Shown in pieces: positions 25,647 through 36,100 of a stretch of DNA of 51,956 nucleotides; positions within the stretch are counted from its first letter, which is position 1; the number at the start of each line of letters is the position of its first letter. Made by a program: the position numbers and the translations under genes. The notes beneath the pieces were generated by a model. That model searched no databases. It was not told the origin of the DNA and was given only the letters and a program-made list of their open reading frames with translations. The DNA is from Trichinella spiralis (lineage: Eukaryota): assembly GCF_000181795.1 (NCBI RefSeq), contig NW_003526948.1, positions 3,256,621 to 3,308,576 on the forward strand, given 5' to 3'.

Positions 25647-27199
25647 TTATGATTTGTCCAAAATGGCGATCATTTCCGGAACAGCCTGAAACATAAGGTC
25701 AGTATATGATCAAAATGTGAATTATGGAAAATAGAAATACTTCGAAAAGATCGGCAATCAATCCATAATCGGCAACTTTAAAAATCGGCGCGTCCGCATC
25801 GGTGTTTATGGCAACAATTGTTCGACTATCTTTTATTCCAGCCAGATGTTGAATGGCGCCGGATATTCCAAGGGCGATGTACAAATCCTACAATCCGTTG
25901 TAATTCATTGTGAAATTGTGCTCCCGTTTTCTACAGGCAAAGAGGACAGACAACTTACAGGGGCGACAATTTTGCCAGTCTGTCCAACTTGGAAATCGTT
26001 GTGAACGTAGCCTGCATCGACGGCGGCTCGTGATGCGCCCACAGCAGCTCCTAATCTGTCAGCAAGATCATAGAGCAATTTGAAATTTTCCGCCGATTTC
26101 ATTCCTCTCCCTGAAAGCAAAGTGAGATATCCAGCAAATGAGGGAAACATTTTTCGCCAGTTGCTAGAGTTTGTAACCTCCAGAAACGACAACTTTCGCC
26201 TCGGTCAGCTGTGGACGCTCAGATCTGCTCAGCTCTTGGCCGATGAATTCCGAAACGGCCGTTTCTGCTTCCAATACAGGACCTGAACACAGACAACAAC
26301 ACAGTTTATGGATTTCAGAAATTGCAAGCAAGTTCAAGAAGAAAAACCTTGTCGAACAGTAGCATTCCCCGAGTTCATGTCCGCCGGAGGAAAAGTTGTC
26401 GGACGAACGGTCATCACTTTGACAGCATCCAGTACTTTTATTGTCGCCAGGGCGTTGCCTGATAAACTTTTAGTCTTATCAAATTATGCAAATGTTTTCG
26501 TACCACAGCCGTGAGTCTACCTGCATAAAGTGGTCGTACAAAAACGTCTGGCTGCTTAATTGCGATCACATCGGAACAGCAGCTGACGTCCAATTTAGCG
26601 GCAACGCGTGGTATGATATTCTGAAAATGTGTTTCATTTCTCCTTTTCGAACGTGAACAGAAAAAGAAACAAAAAATGCAAAGCTGCATACTTTTCCAAA
26701 GCCCGTTGCAGCGGCAATGATGACGTCAAATTTGAAACTGCTCTGACAAGCGATAATAAGTGGTGTCATAATTTCTTGAAATGTTGATTGAAAAGTGAAA
26801 CTGAGAAATGGGAAAAAAAAAGTACACGAATCCACCTCATACCTGGAAGAAAACCACGAAGAGCGGAATGTTCGGTGACGTAGACATTTTTCACCTTGTT
26901 CACTTTGGCTACAGAATTGGCCACCTCTTGGCATTTGTCACCCAAAATCAGACAAGACACGTCACCAAGTTTCGAAGCTGCTGTAATAGCACTCAACGAG
27001 GCTGTGGATATTTTCTCACTGTCATGTTCAACGAGAACAAGACTACTTTTCCAACGCTTCACACACTGCCCAATCTGTAAGTTGAAACAACAAAAAATTT
27101 TTACTTTAAAATACACATATATACCAAACTGTGATGCAATCATTGTTTGCTTACCTGTTTCAGAGTGCTCAGTGCACAACGAGACTGAAGCTTCAGCAT
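25647..27199 (-). CDS. ETFA: Electron transfer flavoprotein subunit alpha, mitochondrial, 337 aa, 9 exons
   Basis: Exons 27199-27155, 27074-26843, 26774-26692, 26620-26521, 26458-26348, 26282-26178, 26110-25959, 25887-25741 and 25685-25647 total 1014 nt with all phases consistent. Motifs: [75 protein letters not shown]. The N-terminus [25 protein letters not shown] is basic and presequence-like. Confidence 0.95.
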
Positions 27200-27479
27200 T
27201 CGCTGATGCTAAATTTCAAACGTGCATTTTCACATTAAACAAACACATACATATTATACTGCAATATAAATATAGTACATGCGATCAAAACTGCAACATG
27301 ATGCAAAAAAAGACAAATTTAACACAAGTAAGTGTACATTTTAATTCAAAGTTGTGTACCAAAAAACAACAACAAATGACACTTGCTTCAAATGGAAAAT
27401 TTATCACATTCTCTTTTTGGTTTTCCAAATTTTTCACCTGAAAATGAAAATTTTAATAAAATTTAGCATTTAAGCTGTA

Positions 27480-27480
<1 letters not shown>

Positions 27481-27532
<52 letters not shown>
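27481..27532. repeat. (TA)n microsatellite between MRPL3 and ETFA
   Basis: 52-nt TA run with one G interruption. Confidence 0.95.
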
Positions 27533-27538
<6 letters not shown>

Positions 27539-27980
27539 GCTCTTTTCAGCTAATAATAAACTCGTCACATCATGCATGGTATGAAAGGAATTCATTTGCT
27601 GAAACTGAAAGAAAAATATTAACACTTTCAGTGCATTTTCCAATTCAAACATTACCTGCCAAATGACGTAAGTACAGCATTTCCAAAATTGAAGAACATT
27701 CACACACTGGTTCAATTTAAAGATAACCTAACATATTAATAAGTAAGTTCTCTGAAATAAAACACTGCATTACGGTAATTGATTATTGTAAAGTATTATC
27801 AATTTGCTTGTCAGAAATGAATTTTCTCTTTGTATCGAATACAATATTGGACATTTGTTTTTCAAATCAACAAATTCTGCCAACAAATTAAACTGTGTAC
27901 ATACATTTATTTTATGCTGATCAAGTTGCAATTTTTCATTACGTATGAAAGTAGAAAAATAATCACGTATGTAAATTAGG

Positions 27981-29863
27981 CTACTTGACTTTAGCTTGTT
28001 TTTTAACTTTAACCGGCCCTTTACGAACTGTCGTGCTTGTTGCCTTTTCTTCGGGGTATTCAATACTCGGTTCAGTGTATTGAAATAAACTATCATGAAA
28101 CTGCTCTTCTGGCAAAGGATCACATTCTTCGGGATAAAACGTAGGAAATGGCGGATTCTGGAAGTTGATTTTAAAATCGTCAACAAACAATTAACCCCAT
28201 TACATAATACAATACGCACCGAAACCCTTTTTTCCATAACTCCGCTGTCTTTGACGTATATCAACGTGCCAACTGGGCCCGGTACATTAGGACCTTTCAC
28301 GTACAAAACTTGCTCCGCAGTGTTAATACGTAATATCTACAATCGAACAATTCGCACAAGATCAAAGATCATTGTCAAAATTCACAAAACTTTATCAAAC
28401 TGTCAACAAATTCCATTCAAATAGAAGCTTTACATACTTGTATACCTCGAAGAGCCCTCCATTCTGAACCCATATGACCAGGCATCTTTTTTCCTGGTTT
28501 CACGCAAGCTTGACCCTACAAAATATTACAATATTGTACATTTTCTTCCTCGCAGAAATGTGCTTATCAATACAGCTGTGCCAATGCTTCCAGGTCTACG
28601 ATGTGTCTTTGTCACGCCATGGGTAGCTGGCATACCTTTGAATCCCCACCGGACCATTACGCCTTGAAAACCATAGTCGATTCTAAAACAACATCAGCAC
28701 ACGTATACATAGAATTAACATTGTACAATGCATGGAAAAAAACGTTTACGTATGCCCCCAGACATCAACATACTGACCAACGGTAAAGTGATTTGCATAT
28801 AAACGAGTTCCTTAAAAAAATACTGACACAGTGAATGAATATGTGAATGGATTAATCTCATACCTGGTTGTATCTGTGCATTAGGTGTAATTGCAAAAGC
28901 AGCTAATTTTTGCTTCGGAAGTACTCCAGCCTTTTCGAATATACCACGATAAGCAGCAGTGAACTGAAACGAACATTTATTTAAAACCAAAAAAAGAACA
29001 TTTTAAGCAACGTATTTACAGCTACGGAATAAACCTTGCATGTCATTTACTGTAAAATAAATAGCATAACATTTGGAATCATGTTTAATCAGCAAACTTG
29101 ATAAGTCAGAGGTAGGAAAACAAACAATGAAAATCACTACTAAAACGCACTTTCTGAGGATCGTCGCTTTGGACACCAACTGTTAAACGTCCGAGCATCT
29201 TCAGTCCTTCCTTTTTACCAATCTTTGAATATTTGTACCACTTTTCAGGATCAGTGTAACTGATTACATGATTATCCAAAACCTGAACAAATGAACATGT
29301 GTATTAACAGTGTCAAATTTGAAGTACTTTTTCCTTTGCCTCAAGTAGGGTACACAGTACACGAGTTCCATTTTTAAAATATTGTGGAATAACACCAATT
29401 TTTCGGCAAACCAATCCAGTACGTACTGAGCTGAAGCAAAAGAAAATTATAATCTTTCCCCATTTTAGAAAGTAATTGTTTTGAAAATATTACCCAGTTT
29501 CCCAAACGCCACGTTCAAATGTACTATTCGAAGATTTACGCTCTTTGAGTTTTTCACTGTAAATATCTAAACTAATATCCCTCAAAAACTTCTGATTTGC
29601 CTCGGTGATATTATCAACAACATATCCTATAAGTACAAAAATAGTACAAAAGCTTAACAGCAAAATCAAGAAAAAACAACCAGCTTCTTTTTTAATCCAC
29701 CACGGTGGAGGTCTGGTAGTACGACGAGTGCCTCGTGCTGGCACTAAACACACCGCAGTCCTGAATAATAAAAAGTTTCAAAAATTACAAACAAAGTATA
29801 TGAAAAGTACTTCAAGTTGCATTTATTCTTCAGAAAAGCACTGTTTAAGCAGTGAGCCAACAT
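27981..29863 (-). CDS. MRPL3: Mitochondrial 39S ribosomal protein L3 (uL3m), 376 aa, 11 exons
   Basis: Exons 29863-29811, 29760-29681, 29626-29494, 29430-29340, 29282-29151, 28963-28864, 28810-28750, 28682-28574, 28515-28438, 28336-28220 and 28157-27981 total 1131 nt with consistent phases. Motifs: [80 protein letters not shown]. Confidence 0.93.
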
Positions 29864-29890
29864 CAGCTACTGTTTAGCCAGTTTTAACAG

Positions 29891-30009
29891 CTGAAAACTG
29901 AAAGACAGTTAAAATAGTACTTCGCATCATTATAAAACAGTATATATATATATATGACAATACTAAACAGTGAAACAAGAAAAAGATATATTTGTATAAA
30001 ACTTTTATT
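29891..30009 (-). promoter_or_regulatory. Putative intercistronic region: poly(A) signal, U-rich tract and tandem trans-splice acceptors (CTTTCAG, TTTTCAG)
   Basis: On the minus strand: AATAAA 30009-30004, a T-rich tract, then CTTTCAG 29904-29898 and TTTTCAG 29897-29891, 27 nt before the MRPL3 ATG. Confidence 0.6.
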
Positions 30010-30072
30010 ATTTTCAGAGAAGTGAAAAGAAATTAATAATAGCAGAAATCACATATTTTAATATTTTTTAAA

Positions 30073-30201
30073 TTAATGGCGGTCTTCACGAGCAAGACGA
30101 CGTGGACTGTTGGCGATTATATAGTGAAACAAGATGATAAGCAAAAAGATCACCACACCAAGCATGTTCACAAACCATGCCAACTGCAAATCCGATATCA
30201 T
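30073..30201 (-). CDS. OST4: Oligosaccharyltransferase subunit 4 (OST4), 42-aa single-pass membrane microprotein
   Basis: My own translation, below the ORF-track cutoff: MISDLQLAWFVNMLGVVIFLLIILFHYIIANSPRRLAREDRH*. It closely resembles human OST4 as recalled ([37 protein letters not shown]). A TTTTTAG acceptor ends at 30215, and AATAAA lies at 30009-30004. Confidence 0.92.
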   Translation of the reverse strand: MISDLQLAWFVNMLGVVIFLLIILFHYIIANSPRRLAREDRH

Positions 30202-33098
30202 TTTTTCTTACAGCCTAAAAAATGCCAGTTAAGTAAAAGATGAGTTAATATCATAAAACAAATGAAATAAATTTCTAATTAGTTATTTGAAATTTTTAAT
30301 TTAAGCTACGTCATATAAAGCATAAAAATTTAACAGTAAGAATTACAAATGCAGGTTATAATTTACTGAATATAATTAAAATTTAATGGTTTTAATTTGA
30401 TAAACAAAATTAATTGAAAATTTAAAAAAATTAAAACTGAGATTAAAACAAAAATTCAATAATGTAAGATTATCAGATAGACGAACATTACAATACTATT
30501 ACGGTAATTGTATGCAGTCATTATTATCAGAAAAAAGTACTCATGTGAAGTAGTGATGTAGTGGTGGAAATAGTAATTTAATAATAAGATTATTGAAATT
30601 ATAAGTTTTTTTTTTACTTTTAAGTCGTATAATACCATGAAATTTAAATATGATTCAGACTGTTTATTAAGTATTAAAACATCTTTTTTCTGAAATATGA
30701 AAAAACAGACAGATGTTTGTTTTTATTTAATTTTTTTATAATAGTATTATGAATTTTTTTGTTTGTATTCCATGAAATTAATGTATTTTATATTGTAAGT
30801 GCTGTGATGGTAAAATCATTTTGATGCAATCGTTGTAAAGAGATAGATTTTTTCATTTATGCGACGGCAATGTTTGTTTGTCATAAACTAGATATATTGT
30901 TGGAATAGTAGAATGGAAAATAAAATTTTCCAAAAATAAAAAGAAATAATAAAACAGTTGTAGAGATGGAACAATCTTTTTGGAACAACTTAATCAGAAG
31001 CAAGCAAGTGATAAAAGTGAAGAATTGAAAAACTTCACTTGATTTGATAATGAAAATAAAGAGCGCACGTCAGTTGGCTTCGTCAAATCTTGCTTGTAAG
31101 CAAGACGCAGACATGCGTTATACATGCCACAAGCGGTGCAATTCAAATATGAGGCAATTTTTGCACGATTTCGACGCATCTCCAGTTTCAGCCGTTGCTT
31201 CAAGTACAACAACATTTAGCTGGAAAAGTGCAAACTGGCTGCAGCTTTTAGAAACAGCAGCTGCTCGAACCATGCAGAACAGCCATTTCAGTTGCTTCAA
31301 ACTGCCCGGCGCGTTGATAGCATTTATTGCAAAATTATACGATCATATTCTGCATGGATTTACTGAAAACGAATTCAATCTTGTGGTCGGCTTGCTTTTC
31401 TATTTTTTCACAGGTGATCATTTATAAATTTGTTAGCTATTATTATAATTATTATTCTATTTTCAAAATGTATTATCCCTGTCATTTGCCGTAAAAATTG
31501 TTCAAAAGCATATTTTATTTTTCGTCTCATCAATCAATATCATTTAGCTTTTCAGCTTCTGTCAGTTGTGTTCACTTTAAACTGAAATGAACAAAATTGA
31601 ACGGCAATTTTTCTTCTTTGCAAAAATGTGGTCGCCAACTGTCCAAACGGCGCTTGTGAAGTTCGAATCAAAGAAAGAAAGCAGAAAAGAATTATTGCAT
31701 ATTGTCGGCTTGATCTAACGTCGGGCTCTTTTATCACCGATAAGCATCTTCTAATCGACAGCAGCTGCAAAGTAACCAAACTGCTCGTGGAAATAAGCAT
31801 CATTTTCCAACTTTTTTTACCAACCACTCGCCCACTGGCATCACCGTTCAGTTTTGCAGAAGAATCAGGTAAGCATTTTTCAGCTTGTTCCAGTTCATCC
31901 ATTCCAATTGGATTCTCCCATTCAGTGAAATCGCCATTGGGTATTTCAAATTCAAATTTTACATTCTCTCTATACCTTTTCCATTGCACTATCCAAGAAC
32001 AAACAGGCACATTTATTATTGCATGCATACAATAATCCTACTAGTATCCGACATTTTTACGATTTATTTAAATAATTATTTCAGTTGTACAGCTTGTTGT
32101 TGTTGTTGTACGATAGCAATTTTGCTTTTGTTCTAAAAGAGTGATTTCACATGCTTGACAAACAAGCGGAGATGTGTTAGAACGTTTTTCTCCTCTTTCC
32201 CACATTCGACCACAACCCGGTTCTAATTTGCAAGTGCACAATGCTTCCCGGCAGTGTCGTTGTGCAAATATGTCACGCCGGCAAATTGGCCTCGCTTGGT
32301 CGTTTGACTGTTACGATCAATTCTGCTTATTATTATTATGATTATTATTATTATTAATCAGTGCTTTGTTGACCGGTCGGCTGTACCGGCGTTCAGTTTT
32401 CAAGTTCGCACTGTTCGACGAATTCATTCATTCACGATTGTCAATTGAATTTGTGACAAATTTCAATTTAATGCGGCATTTTTTTTTCACCGGCGACAAC
32501 TTTTCGAGCGCAAATTTAATTTTCAAATTCAGAAAAGGTAATTTGGTGATTTCAACCTCACGGGCGTACTGTAATTGCAACTTTGCACTCATGGTCATTT
32601 GAGTTAAACGACCGTTGATTGATCGGTTCGAAAATGTACAAGAAAAATGTTTTTTTTCCGATTTTTTATCATCACTTTGTCAACTAATTATTCTCATTTG
32701 CATGCGCAGTGTGGGAAATTATTAGGTCACGTTCAAAATTTTTAATGTTCTTGATTTCGAACTTCAAAACATTACAGTATCTTCTTCGTCAGGTTCATTG
32801 AAAAAAATATAATGTACTTCGTATCACGAATAGGTGCGTGTTGTTTTATGATGAACAGAAAATAAGTTCGTTGTTGGTGTTGTGCAATTTGGATGTAATT
32901 AGCACACGTGAATGTGTTTGTTGATCAGCAAAAAATGTACGTTTTCAGAGTAGAAATATGTTCACATTGATGATGCATATGCGAAAAATAGCTGATATCT
33001 TTGGGGAGATTTGGCGTACATTGCTGGTGAAAGCTTGCCCGAAATTGATGGTGCTTTGCAAACGTGTCGCACCGAGTGTGAATTGTTCGAGCATGTTC

Positions 33099-33134
33099 TG
33101 TTGTTGTTGTTGTTGTCGTTGTTGCTGCTGCTGC
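33099..33134. repeat. (TTG)n/(CTG)n compound microsatellite
   Basis: Read directly. It accounts for the poly-C and poly-Q ORFs in the track. Confidence 0.9.
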
Positions 33135-36100
33135 TTTAAGCCGCGCTGAACCGCATCAATCAATGACACTGAGCTGCACAATTTTCACGCTTGAAGTTTT
33201 TTTTTCTCGAAAATTATTGCCCAGGCAAATAATTGTTCACCTCCTTGACGTTGCAAAACGACAACAGCACTTTTCGGCTTTTTGCTTGTGCGCTTTTCAG
33301 TGCTTGTTGCTGTTGCTGCTGTTGTCGTCCAGTTCTCATTTGTCGAGCAAAAATTCATCGTTCACCACTGGCTTGGCTAGTTTGTCATCTTTGTCGACAC
33401 CTTCTACCACCTGCTGCTATTTTCTATTTTATTTCAACAAGTTTCCACTTCCTCTGCAGTTGCGCTGCACAACAAACTAGCCCAACACCCGTCCAACCTC
33501 CTCCCCACCGCGAAGTAGCACTTGTTTGGCTTGATCGGTGCAGTTCTCTTTCTGTTCACAATTGCTTATTACACCACTTTGCACAATTCCATTCGAACAA
33601 TTAGAAGACGAAATGAATCGCTTCTTAACACCGGTCCCATTTATCATTCGCAGATCAGATAACATGCACTTTTTCATTTCTGATACTCGTCCTGCATATA
33701 TATATATATATATATATATGCACATATATGTTATAATTTAGAGATAGTATTGGCATGATATGACAACAAAACATGCGAGAATGATCCACATTGCGTACAA
33801 CTTGATAGCACTGTTTGATAGGTACCTACTTTTTATTTACATTACTGTAGAATCGTGTTCAAAATTTGTTTGTTTCCAAGTAGAGTATTTAAATTTCAGA
33901 TATTCTTATCATGACTCATGATTCATTTTTTTTAAATTTTATTTATTTATTTATTTATTTATATATTTTTCTTTCGTAAATTAATTTTATTCAAACAGTT
34001 TCATAAATTTGAAAATGTACTTCCACTTGTGCATAGTTAGTTGAAATTTGCAAAAAACAAAATAGATGTTTGAAAGCAAGTTTTTTTTCTCGTTCGAAAT
34101 TATAATTTGTCCACAATTGAATATTCAAAATGCCGTCAACAATTTGAACAACAGCTCGATCAGAACAACTTTCACAGTGGAAAGTGTTGTATAATTGTTC
34201 GTAGACGAAGCAAATGCAACGTTGCAAGTTTCTTTGATCTCGGTTTTCAGCAATAATAAAAACCCTTGTTCAACTGCAAGAAAAAAATGACACGTTACAC
34301 GCTTTTGCCAATGTCAGCGTTGACTTCATATTATTTTTTCTTCTTGTTGTTATCCTGTTATTCTTGTATTTATTCGCTCGTCCAGTTTTTTTACGAACCT
34401 AATTTTCTTTTATTGCTTTATTGCATTTGATCTAGTTTTGACGACAACTTTTTCTTCAAATTACTTGCCTTTTCTATGTAAATAATTTGCGCATTTACAC
34501 TGGAATTTCTGTTCAAATGTTTTCTTTTGCTCCGATGGCAAATTTTCACGTTTCACACCGGTCGGAGAAATTTTTCTGGACAAAAATTCAAGGTAATTTG
34601 TTGCCAACTTTTCATTCAATTCAATTCAATTCAATTAAACATTTGATCAGATGGATTAAAAGCAATTTTTATTGTTCAAATAATTTCCCGTTATTATCAA
34701 GCTCATCAGATGATGTCATGCATATATGTTTCACTTAAATATTTGTTCAAGTATTTTCCACGCTGACGACAGTTTATTATTGTTATGTAATGTAATTATA
34801 TAATGTGATCAGTGGAATTCTATTTGAAATTGGGCGTTTTTTTTTGCATTATTGTAAATGTTCGATTTTAATTTTTATTTACATTCATCTGCACTAATCA
34901 GTGATGCTTTATAGTCCCTGCTTCTGTTGTTGTTGTTGACGAGCTCAAGCTTAGCTGCTTAGCTGTTTTACAACTAGAAATAGAACAACAGCCTTATTTA
35001 GTTTTAAAGAATAACAATGGAGCATTTACAAAAGGCATTTTAAAATTTGTAACTCATGTTTCAATTATTTGTATTGTTTATATACATGTCGTTTTGAATA
35101 TCTTCGGATATTCCTATTTTTCAAATAATAAAAAAAACAGAATTGTTCAACTGAAATTTTATTTGTATTATTTTTTTGTTTCAAACTGTAATATTCAATT
35201 GAATTTGGTGACGTTCAGTGGCACTTTAACCAGAACAATGCACTCGGGGCGGTCCTTGAAAATTAGCGTGTTACATTATCTGTTTGTTCTTTGTCTGGTC
35301 GTGTTCGATAGTTTCACATTCGTGGCCGGCAACATGTTAATTAAACGTCAAAAATTTTCACCACTGCTCCACAATTATCACTGATAACATTATCAACCAA
35401 TAATATACTGGATTTCTTTTGCAGATCATGATTACTTATCAAATGAAGTGATATTTTCAATGACAATTAAACAGAGAAGATTTAATTGGTTGCTGAAGTG
35501 GCATTAATAAATTATTATTCTGCACCGAAAAAACATCTTCCAGCTGTTGCAGGTAATGATTAATTTATAATAAAGTTGAGCATAATGATGAAATTTCTTC
35601 AGTTGTCAAAAACTCACCACCTTTCTGACTTTGCACATTTCTTTCTGTGTAGGATTTCATATGGGAGAAATTGTTTAATGTTTCAAGTGCTTAATAATAA
35701 TAATAATAATAAGCCCCTTGTATTATATAAACAAGCAAAAATTATTTTGCTGCTATATATATAAAACGATTTATTACTATTATTATGTAATTATGATCTT
35801 GAGTGGCGAATTGTTTTACTTTTTTCTTTCTTGCATAGAATGTATGTAGTTTTGCAGATCATTTTAAGTTGTGCCCGGCACTGCTTTGTCGCGAAGATGC
35901 TGCTTGCATAGTACTCACTTTTACGACATTCTTTCTTTACTTTTTGTTGCTTCAGCGATGAATGACAGCTGTTTTAATGTTTTCTGCTTTGCAGCTTATT
36001 ACGCAGCAGCAGCAGGTAAAAGTGGTGCAATTTTGCAATGCTATCAGATGTGTTTAATTGTGCAATTGTTTATGTGCTAATTATATTAACTTTACTAATT

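Noticed and set aside
26896..27441. 181-aa plus-strand ORF, and the extended 27770-28306 ORF
   Set aside because: The first is antisense to ETFA exons. The second is an MRPL3 exon read on through its intron.
27534..27576. SECIS-like ATGA...AA...GA pattern on the minus strand
   Set aside because: Helix II does not pair adequately and the apical AA is wrongly spaced.
30076..30243. Plus-strand 55-aa ORF MAVFTSKTTW...
   Set aside because: Antisense shadow of OST4.
31552..32028. 158-aa minus-strand ORF upstream of OST4 as a fourth operon gene
   Set aside because: No recognisable domain, no supporting splice structure, 1.3 kb from OST4, and overlapped by an equally long opposite-strand ORF.
32237..32268. 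Hairpin containing the miR-34 seed GGCAGTGT
   Set aside because: The stem is only about 9 bp, the seed lies in the loop, and the rest does not match miR-34.
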